Source: Nemertoderma westbladi
Taxonomy: Eukaryota > Animalia > Xenacoelomorpha
DNA length: 64,000 bases
Reading direction: 5' to 3'
Assembly (NCBI GenBank): GCA_032718475.1
Contig: JAUCBJ010006713.1
Span: forward strand, 1-64,000
Shown here: piece by piece, positions 24,700 to 35,200 of the stretch
Position numbering within the stretch: position 1 is the first letter of the stretch
How the letters are laid out: each line of letters opens with the position of its first letter
Program-made: the position numbers and the translations under genes
Notes under the pieces: model-generated
Seen by the model: only the letters and a program-made list of their open reading frames with translations
Told to the model about the DNA's origin: nothing
Databases searched by the model: none

Positions 24700-25195
24700 A
24701 CTACTATGCTATGCCTACATACCCTTTACTTTCTTACTACGTGGCGCTATCGGTGCCCACAACTTCTAACTTCTATGGTACTATGTACCCTAATACTGCT
24801 ACTATGGTATACCTACATACCATACCCTTCACTCTCTTACTACATGGCGCTTTCGGTGCCCACAACCCCTCTGCTACTACTTCTATGGTATACCTACATA
24901 CCATACCCTCTACTCTCTTACTACGTGGCGCTTTTGGTGCCCACAACCCCTCTGCTACTACTTCTATGGTATATCTACATACCATACCCTTCACTATCTT
25001 ACTACGTGGCGCTTTTGGTGCCCACAACCCCTCTGCTACTACTTCTATGGTATACCTACATACCATACCCTCTACTCTCTTACTACGTGGCGCCTTCGGT
25101 GCCCACAACCCCTCTGCTACTACTTCTATGGTATACCTACATACCATACCCTCTACTCTCTTACTACGTGGCGCTTTCGGTGCCCACAACCTCTA
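24700..25195. repeat. 81-bp tandem repeat, ~6 copies
   Basis: Unit ...CTATGGTATACCTACATACCATACCC...GGTGCCCACAACCCCTCTGCTACTA... Confidence 0.9.
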
Positions 25196-25214
25196 CGGTA
25201 CTATGCACCCTACT

Positions 25215-27478
25215 TGTAAGGGTCCAGTAGTATACCGCTTACCAGATCCTAGTAACGATGTATCTTACTATGAGACTCTAGTAATGTATACGGGCTTGTA
25301 CAGTATCTGGCAACAAATCCCAGTCCAGGATATCCAAACAAACAGATATAGTACACAAACGACTACTGGCGAGGAACAGAGCCTTGTATCTATTCTATGT
25401 ACGTGAGCGGGTCTAATGCCTACGTACTAGACAGAAGGATACCTGTCCTCTAACCGGTGAGGCAGATGTACAGTTACAGTAACAGACCAAACTCACGGGA
25501 AAACAATCCCCGCGCAGCGAATCCTAACTATCACTGACAGTCCTAAATACAGTAACTTGCCGCGGTGTGATTTATATGGGTTATATACGAACTAGGTGGT
25601 TAACAGACCTAGTGTAACAATGCTGATCATCCCTGTCGAAATCAGCCTAAAGGTCGTGCCTAAATGTAACAATAACTGATCCCCCTGTACGAAATCAGTC
25701 TAAAAGGTCAGGCCTAAATGTAACAATACCGTTGTCCAGACAAACAACAGTTTAATAACGAAAGTGAAATACTCCTTATCTTGCCGCAACTAAATCAGAT
25801 CCTAATTTTACAAATACAGACAATTTCCACCTAAAGTAATGTATAGTACGCTATAGCTAGTAGAACTTTAAGGGCAATATGTTTTAGGGCGTGTGTGTGT
25901 GGGTGTGTTACAAATAAAACAATTTCGTGTAATTCCTTTTACTAGGTTTTAGTGATTTTCTGACTAAATGATACCGTGCGCTAGCTACTAAAATAAACTA
26001 GTCGCGTTTGTAGAACTTTATACTCACGAATGACGTCAAAGCTCTCTCCTTCCTATCCACAACCCAATGGGCAACCACAGTGTTAGTAACTACACCCGTG
26101 ATCGGCACTAATACCAGATTCTGGTTGTAAGATAAGAATAGGGGTTAATCGCTACCGTACGTTAGCTGATCTGGTATACTAATTTAATTATAGAATTTTG
26201 TTGCTGCGGTAGTTAGCAGCAATACCTATCAGTACGTGGCAAGGCGCGGTAGGATATTAGTAAACCTCCCTAGGCCAAGCAGTGTGCCGGTAGCAGAAAT
26301 GCTCCTTGCCTGATCAAATAGCTAACTCCAGACAGGGGGGGGGGGGGGGGGGTACTAATGTACGTTTTACAAAGCGAACCGGTACCAAACAGTCAGTGCT
26401 ATGAATCACTAAATTATGGAACGTATGCTGTCCGTACCTAATATGTACTCGCGTACTGACGAATGGCAATAGTTCGCACCTGTAGGAAGTACAGGTTAAC
26501 CCAGGGATTCGTAGGACTTGACAAAGGGGGGGGGGGGGGGGGGTGTCTGGATATAATTATTTGATCCTAAATTTGCGGCGTCCAGTGCGGTGTCACGCTT
26601 ACCCTGATCTATAGGTCTTACGGCGGGCAAGGGCGTCGAACAAAGTCTTACCTTCTCACAAAGCGGGCGCTGCATAGCAAGTGGAGTATTTCGAAGGGGC
26701 AAAGGGGTTGCGCGGTCGATCCAATGTGGGCGCTAGCGTGTTGTGGACATCCCTTCCCTGCGTTGCTTACGGCCTAACGATCTAGGCTGCCATCTCCCTG
26801 ATGTTCGGCTGTCCCGAAGTTGGACCAAAAGAAAACATGTCAGGAATTTGCAGTATATTTACAGTTTTACAAAAGGGTTTATCAAATAAAGTTTCAACAA
26901 GAAACCGAAATAAACTAATAACAATTTAGGGCGATAACGAATAGTGTGCGTGATAACCGAAGGCAAACCGGCCTTTTATACTAGAAATTGCACATGGAAA
27001 CTAAACAGAATTTTCCACAGCTTCACAATTGAGCAATGAAGTGCTTCGTGCCCTATGATTGGCCCAGCTCATCGTTCAACGCAGTCCGGCCCTTACACTA
27101 ATCTGGGACATGGAATCCTAACAGAATTTTCCACTGCCTCACATTTGAGCAATAAGATAATTTATGCCCTATGATTGGCCTGGCTCATCATTCGCTACGC
27201 TGTACGCTTCTCATTGGCCTACCAATTAGCACCACACGAAAATAAATGGCCCCAAAATACAAATTTCCCGTCTGGGATTCGAACTCGTAACCTATGTAAT
27301 GTAACCAACGCCTTAACCATCTGACCACTACGCCACGAGAGTACCTAAAGGTTTTATGTGTACAAATATGAATAGGCATATTACATTACTGTAACTCAAT
27401 CAAAATACGTCGGATTTTCGAAAGTTTTTACGTTAAAGTTAAACTACAAATGCTACCTTATAGTGAAATAATTCATCA
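25215..27478 (-). repeat. BEL-2 3' LTR
   Basis: tgtaagggtcc...aattcatca, direct repeat of 38997-41253. Confidence 0.95.
27265..27342 (-). ncRNA. tRNA-derived Pol III cassette inside 3' LTR
   Basis: Minus strand: A box TGGCGTAGTGG, B box GTTCGAATCC, TCTCGT/ACGGGA acceptor-like pairing, T4 run downstream; anticodon arm not canonical. Confidence 0.55.
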
Positions 27479-28229
27479 CCGCTCCATGAAAACAGTAAGT
27501 AAGGCTGTTTTCACCAATCGAAATATAAAATATTTACAAACTATTTCTAAATTTACTGGTAGGGCCTAAAATATAAAATATAATCACTATCTAATTATTG
27601 CATACTTAATATTGCAGATACGGCGTAAATACAATCGATCGTACATACAAATACAAATTTACGAATTAACTTTAGTGCCTAAAATACAAAAAAAAGGCTT
27701 TCGGTTATCAAGATAAACAAATTAAACAAATCAGAACAAATAAATCAAACAAATCAAACAAATAAATCAAACTCTTTCGATAAATCTTTATATATTGTAA
27801 ATATACATAATAAACCTTCACCAAATTAAATCAGTTCAAATATAATATAAACATAATGCGCTAATAACTTTCAATAGTGTCCTCCTGACGATCTGAAAAG
27901 TTCGTCCTGCTGGTCTGGATATCTTCTCCTGAGCACTAATTGCTAACGGTAGGCTCGCAAGCCTTCCTTTCCATATCTCGTTCTTCCAAACCCAACGTCC
28001 GATATAAATACCCAAATATAATATCCAAATATAAAATATCCAATATAAATATCCAATATAACATCCAAATATAATATCTGAATATAATATCTGAATATAA
28101 TATCCTTTCTTCTCGCTTTCCTATTCCTTGGCCGACCGGGCTCGTCCACGTCCTCTATTGCGATTGGGTGGTGGTCGAGGTCGAACTGGGCTCGGACTTC
28201 GGCGTCGAGTTGTCGGTGGTTCCAAAACG

Positions 28230-28481
28230 CTAGGAAAGGGGACGACGGGAGATGAAACGACCGCCTTCTTGGTAACGCAGACTTTGGTGGTTTGGGCAAC
28301 GCGCTAATATCGGTTCGGGGTTCTCGCAAACGTCGCTGGCGTCGCATAACGCATCGTAGGTGTACAACGCTTTGAACTCCGCGCGTAACTCCTCCGCTGT
28401 TTTGTTATAAGCGTCCAATCGCTGTCGCGTGACGTTTGGGTCCGCCTTGGATTTAGCAAGCTTGGCTGTACTCCTAGCCAT
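28230..28481 (-). CDS. Small orphan ORF (83 aa, MARSTAKLAK...) in env position of BEL-2
   Basis: First in-frame ATG downstream of a canonical 3' splice site (CTAAC + pyrimidine tract + AG at 28580). Confidence 0.35.
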   Translation of the reverse strand: MARSTAKLAKSKADPNVTRQRLDAYNKTAEELRAEFKALYTYDALCDASDVCENPEPILARCPNHQSLRYQEGGRFISRRPLS

Positions 28482-29272
28482 ACTCTCCACTCCAAACGGG
28501 TTAAAGTTTTGGTCCCATATCGGTTGAACGGCGCCTGGTGCTCCTATTCCTGCGTGGATCCCTGATAATAGTGTTTCTACTAGAGGAAGCACAAACAGAG
28601 GTTAGATGTGAGGTGACTTAGAGTTTGTCGGCTTTTGGCTCAACTCTGCTCTAAACCCTAACCCATTTTGCCTAATGACTTCGGGTTCGCGTGATTTCGC
28701 ACTGGCTCCTAATCCAAAAAATTGTGCCGATAAAAAACGAATTCCGGGTAAACTAGCCGTGAGTCTAAAATACTCACCTTTTAATTTCCCAAACTACGTT
28801 TCCCAAGAAAATAATGCAGTCGAGAATTAATTCGGTCTAAATAATAGTAGACACGACTACGTAGAACAAGACCGATTTTCTTTTTCCAAAAAAAATTTTT
28901 CGGTAGGCTCGCAAGCCTTCCATCCGCTCTTGTCCTCCCCAATTTTAATTTTATCTAGCTGTATTCTAGAATTTGCTTTCACTGGAGAATCGTTTTTCTT
29001 AAATTTAAATCCAACTAAATGGATTTGTCTAATAATTTTTGAAAATTGTCTCACTTGTGGGTTCCAAGTGGAATTCCATTCCTACTGTACACACAATCCC
29101 GCTCCTATGTGATACATAAGGGTACTACCCTCCATGTTCACGTATAAAGACAATGGAATTCCACCGCTGTCTCTATCTACAGTGAAGAGGATTACAAATG
29201 CACGTACAGTAATACAAATACAAATAACTAAAATACAGTAGGTCTATGTGGCGGCCAACAAAGGTCCCACAT

Positions 29273-32200
29273 CTATTTACTAATATTGGGTGGAGATTTG
29301 TAGTCTCCCGTCTCGTTTCTAGTCTCCTCAAGGAGTACGAGACGTTGTACAGGTCTGTCTACGGTACGTCCGTCGATAGTCCGTACAGTAACTGTCCTCA
29401 CTACACCAGATGTAGGGTGCGTGGTCAAAATGACTCCAGTCAGCCAAAACCGTCTTTTCAGATTAGCTTCAGCCAATAAAACATGGTCACCACGTCTTAA
29501 ACATCGGGTATTTAGATACCAAGAGGTTCTGGTCGAAATAGAGGGCAAATAATATTTCTGCCATATTTCCCAGAATTTATTTGCAAGTAATTGAGTGATT
29601 TTCCAAGCCTTGTTGCCGTATCCGTCACTATCAACGGGTACCGAAATGGGCAACAATGTCGTCGGCGCCTGCATAAGCAGGTGCGCTGGTGTCAAGGCAA
29701 ACTGTACGTCGTTATTGTCTGGGATCAAAGCGATCGGTCTGGTATTTAAGATTGCTTCGATTTCTATTAGTAACGTCGTCAGTTGGTCGTCTGTCAAGAT
29801 GTGTTGCGTCGGTACGACTTTAGCCATAGCTGTCTTTATTGAGCCAATCAGCCTTTCCCAAACGCCGCCTCTCCACGGACTGTCTGGAGTATTGAAAAAC
29901 CAAACAATACGGTGAGGACGTAGTTCCTCGGAAATCTGGTTTTGGTCCAATTTTCTCAAAGCTCTGGTTATCTCGTTCCGTGCACCCACAAAGTTTGTCC
30001 CTTGGTCGCAGTATATGGATTTGACCAATCCACGTCTAGCGATAAATCGCCGTAAGGCTAGGATAAAGGCATTGGTGGTCAAGTCTGTCACTCGCTCTAT
30101 ATGGACAGCTCTGCTGGCCATGCAGGTGAAGATCAATCCCCAACGTTTTACCTGTACCCTTCCGCGTTTCGCGATTATGGGTCCAAAACAGTCTATCCCT
30201 GTCTCAGTGAAAGGGGGTCTAAACGCCTGTAATCTAGCTAATGGTAGTTCACTCATTTCTTGGTGTCCTATCCTCGCGTGCACCTTCTTACAAATAATAC
30301 AGTTCCGTGTTACCGAACTCAGTGCCTTACTAGGTCTAATCAGTACAAACCTCGAGCGTAAGTGTGATAGACAGTGGTGTCTACCTACGTGTTTGAGTTG
30401 TACATGTGCGTCCAGTATCATAGCGCGCTGTAACTCATGGTGTTGCGGTATGATGATAGGATACCTAAAGTCAAGTGCAAAGTCGATGTTTTGGAGTCTG
30501 GACTTGTGACAAAGTAAGCCCCGGTAAATAATCGGACTCCAACTCAAAATCGGTGAAGACTTAATCTGTTTACCTTGTTTGATCGCTGTGAACTCTCGTG
30601 CGAAATATCGCAATTGATAATGTCTAATGATATCAACTTCACAGTGGTCAATTTCCTTTAAGGTAAGTCTTCTAGGAAAGTCGCGTTTGCCTCTGGCATA
30701 TTGTCTCAATCGTTTGAGCCATGCTAACTTGCGGCACGCGTCAGTCCATGATCTAGTTAGGTTCACTATCCTGTCAACGTAAGTGTTAGTGACGTCATCG
30801 GGTAAGGTGTAGTCGTAGTGTGGATACTTGTCTGGACTTGGTAGGCCCACGGGCCTTCCGGTAGGTTTGTCTGAGTCCCCAAGTACGTCAATCTCTACGG
30901 TCTTACCTTTGCCGTCCGCACCTAATATGTCGACTGGCAGTAATGGTTTCAACTCTACAGTGTCAGTGTGTTCCTGTGAGCTTGTAAGCTTCCTAACCTT
31001 AGTCACCACTTTACCTGTAGGTAAGTCAAGTACCTTCTTCGAGCGGAGTGTAATCCCTGTGGCCACACCTCTGTCGTCCAAAGAAGTCAAATTTGGTACG
31101 TCTCTAAAAGTCCGCTCCAATGGGTCTTCTAATGGAGTGTCTAGTAGACAGTCTGGTGAAGCGTCTGGTGAACAGTCTGGTGAGACGTCTGGTGAGACAT
31201 AGCGCGGAACATCCGGCGAAATGTCCTGTCGTTGGTCCCAAAGTCTGTCTAGCGTAACTTCTGTCAGAAAGTCTGGTTCAAAGTCTGGTGGACAGTCGGT
31301 TGAGATGTCTGGTGAACAGTCTGGTGAGACGTCCGGTAGACATTCTGTCGAGAGTTCCATCAAACAATCTGGCGAACAATCCGGAGAACAATCTGGTGTC
31401 TCTTCTGGTGAATAGTCTGGCGAGTAATCTGGTGAACAATCCGGCGAAACGTCTGGTGAAATCTCCCGCGGAACATCCGGCGAAGGATTCATACAAGCGT
31501 CTGGTCGAGTGTCTGGCGAGACGTCTGGCGTAATGTCAGGTCTGGCGTCCAGGTCATCAGATTTCGTCCGTCCTTTTTTCCTCTTGACCTTGGCGTTGGC
31601 TTTCGCTTTAGACTTGACAACCTTGTCGAGTTTTATCTCGGCACCCTCTGGTATGGTGTTGGTTGTCGCGTCGAATAACGGTGGCCATTCGTCTGATGGT
31701 CGCTGTAGGAAATCGGGTCCTCTAAACCAAAAGGATTTATTGTCCGGTTTACAAAAGTCAAGTGGTTGCATCCCCCGTGACGCGATGTCAGCTGGGTTCA
31801 GCTTCCCTGGACAGTGACGCCAATCTTGTTTGAGCGACCGGTCTAGTATTTCAGCCCGTCTGTTGGCTACGAAAGTCTTGAACTCGAATGTTTCGTTGTT
31901 TATGTACCAAAGTACCAACGTCGCATCCGTCCAATATGTGACCTTCAAGTTAGCCTCCAGCTCGCGTTGAACTAGACTGACAATATTGGTGGATATCGTC
32001 CCGGCTTGCAGCTCCCCACGAGGTACAGTCATATACTTCAATGGCATTGTTCTAGCCCTTGAAGTAACGAGAGATACATCGTAGCTGTCCGATGTCACTT
32101 GTCGTCTAAGGTATAAAGTAACCCCCAATCCATCCTTGCTAGCGTCACTAAAGCTGTGAAGCTCTAAATCGGCAGGAAAGGTGGTTTGCAAAGGAAAGTA

Positions 32201-35200
32201 TACCCTCGGTATGGTATAGTCTTGTAGGAACGTCAGTTGGGCTTCCCAGTCCCTCCATCGCTCAGCTAACTTTTCTGGGATGGGATCGTCCCATTCCAGT
32301 CCGGCTTGCCAAATGCTGCGGAGTATGATCCTAGCATGTAGGATCACTGGACTAATGAAACACAATGGGTCATACAATCGACTCATAGTCGATAAGCAAG
32401 TCCTCTTAGTGAGAGGTCTAGTCCGATCGTTGGACCTTACACGTACCCTAAAATTGTCGGTGTTAGGGTCCCAACTAAGTCCTAGTACTTTGGTCGTCGG
32501 CAGTGGTTCTAGGTCTAAGTCTAAATCACCTCCGCTACGATCCATCGGGTCAAATGAGTTCACCAGTTCGGGTTCGTTGGAAGCGAACTTCGTCAGGTGA
32601 AATCCGCCCTCAGCGAGACAATCCTGGAGTTGGTGTGCTACGGTTGTAGCGCGCTCCAAGGTGTCACAACTCTTGAGGCCGTCATCCACGTAGAAATCTC
32701 GTTCCACGGTCCGAACTACTTCTGGGTCAAATTGGTCTCGTCTGTCTAATGCTGTCTGCTTCAAGGCGTACATGGTGCAGTTGGGGCTGTCCCTGGCTCC
32801 GAATACTCTTACCTGTATTTGGTAAGTTTCTGGCGGAAGTTGTAAGTTTCCGTCCGGATACCAAAGAAACCTCAAACTGTCCCTGTCCCGCTCCAAAGCC
32901 TTAACCTGGTGAAACATGGCCTCTACGTCACAGGTGAAAGCCACTTTGCGTTGTCTAAAACGCATTAGGACTCCCATGAGGTAATTATTCATATTCGGCC
33001 CGTCCATCAGTTCGCTATTCATAGACATCCCTTGGTAAAGCGCAGCGCAGTCGTTGACTACACGCACCTTGCCAGGTTTGTCCGGGTGTCGAACAAAATG
33101 ATGTGGCAGGTAATATGTCTGGTCTGTAGTTACCTCAGGATTTAACATCCTAATGGCGTATCCCTTTTGGAGATACGTCTGAAGTTGTGCATTGTATTGC
33201 ATATGGGCCGTCTCGTCTCGCAACAATCGCTGCCTTATTGATTTGAGTCGCCTCAAAGCAAGCGGGTAATTGTTAACGAGCTTAGGTTGTCCATTGCGCC
33301 ACAACATACCAACCTCATAGTGGCCATTCGCGGTCTGGCGAATGGTATCTCTCATAATATTTAATGACCGTTTTTCCTGTTCTGACATAGCGGTCTCGTA
33401 ACTACCGGGTTCTGCTGAGTCCTGTTCCAACCATTGTATGGTCCGTTCAGTCAGCAGTCGGTCAAGCGCTGCTTGCACTGCGCCATGGTCCTCGTCCACG
33501 TCTTCGTCCGCTGCGGTGGCTAGTGTCAATGTGTCTGGTAGGCTCGCAAGCCTTCCGGTGTCACTAGTCGGCGTCGAATTGTCGTGCGGCGGTTTGACAA
33601 CCTTTTGATCTGTCGGTAGGCTCGCAAGCCTTCCAAGATCAACGACCGGTGTCGAAGCCTGGTGGGTGGGGTCAATGACCTTCGGATTTTTCGGTAGGCT
33701 CGCAAGCCTTCCAAAATCCTCGTTCATCGAGTCATCCACAGCAACAACCCTCAGGTCTTCAGTAGTCAATACAACCTGGTCTACTGCAAGTAGTTGTAAG
33801 TCAGAGGTCCGTATGGTCGTGTCCAGATCGGTTACGTCAGTATCGGTGGCGTCTGCGTTAGTGACGCAAGTCTGTCGTAGTGCCGTCCGTACAATTGGAC
33901 CACGGGAGTGTGAAGGAGAATTATCTATCGTGTTAGTCAATAAACTACACGTACTCAAAACATCGTCCTCCTGGTCACTTACCTCTAGTGAACGTATTGG
34001 TGCTCTAGTATACCAACCTATGGGAGTTCTACATGCGTAGGGGTTGCCCGCTGTAATAACAGATGGGCGTGTCTCCCATACCTGATGTAAGTTAAACTGG
34101 TCTGTCCCAATTAACATCGCAATGGAACGATAATTGACAGGACATTCCGGTATTCCAAGGTGTCGAAAATACTTACGATCTTCCGGAGATTGCTCTGGCA
34201 CAGGGCCGAGCAAGTTACTAAAGTCCTTCGTAGCTGCAAAGGTCAAATTTCTTACCGGAAGTAATGAGCGCTCCTCCTTGCTGTGTTCCGCTTTGGAAAG
34301 AAGAGTGTCTAAAGTTAGTTTTACTCTCGTCACAGGAATCGCTCTCTTACCATGCATGCTGCTTACAGTATACTGAGCAGTCTTACCTTGACTCAAGTCC
34401 GTAACTACGTCGGCTACTTGTTCGTCGACGTAACTATGCGATGACGCAGAGTCTAAGATGGCGTATATACGCTTGCTCCCTCGGGTTCCGGTAATCTTTA
34501 TAGGAATCACGCTAAACCCTTTCAATTGGTTCTGTGTGAGGAGCGTTATCGATGGCTGTTCCTCACCTGCATGCACGTAGAAAGTGTCGTCTTTCTCCTC
34601 GTCCTCGTCCGATGATCCTGACTGATCCATACAATCGGTATAAAAGGTACGGATCTCGCGCGGCGCACACTCCTTATAAAGCGCGTCGCATCTAGCCGCT
34701 TTATCGGGATGCTCTCGTCGAAAGCGTCTGGTCGGAGTATGACTGGTTGTGTGAAGCAACGCGTCATGGTTACGTCCATACAAAGAACATGTATCGTCGC
34801 TCGGGCAATCCTTCCGGACGTGTCCTGGCTTCATACATCTCCAACAGGAATCTAGAGATCGGATTTGGAGTCTCCTCTCCTCGATCCCTAACTCTTTAAA
34901 GGCGCGACATCCACGTAGTTTATGTCCGCTTTGGTTTCTGCCGTTCCGCTCGCAGTATGAGCATCCCACAAAGTCCGCCGGCAACTGTTGTCGTGGCTGC
35001 GTGGTGCCGATAGGCGTCAGAACTTTAGAAGTCTCAGTAGGGGTGGCGTAAGTAACGGCTTTCGCGTTCGTCGGAAACGGTTTAGTCCGATTCGGCGCAG
35101 AAACAGTTATCCCTTCCGCCGCGATATGGTGATCGGTATAGTTCGATCGAGTCTCGATCACGGCCTCCCGTGAAATAAGTTGATAGACATCGGTGAGTTT

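Larger units (their letters stand above)
23390..25214 (-). mobile_element. Probable 3' internal region of BEL-3 (left of the BEL-2 insertion)
   Basis: The CTACT TSD joins 25214 to 41259; same strong purine-rich minus-strand bias as 41260-42700; contains ORF 23933-24568. Left boundary uncertain. Confidence 0.55.

Noticed and set aside
24633-25406. 257-aa and 193-aa plus-strand ORFs
   Set aside because: Translation of the 81-bp tandem repeat running into the LTR.
27265-27342. Functional tRNA gene
   Set aside because: Extra 8 nt in the D region and no proper anticodon stem; kept only as a tRNA-derived cassette.
27480-29270. Classical env gene in BEL-2
   Set aside because: No long ORF, signal peptide or transmembrane segment in the 3' region.
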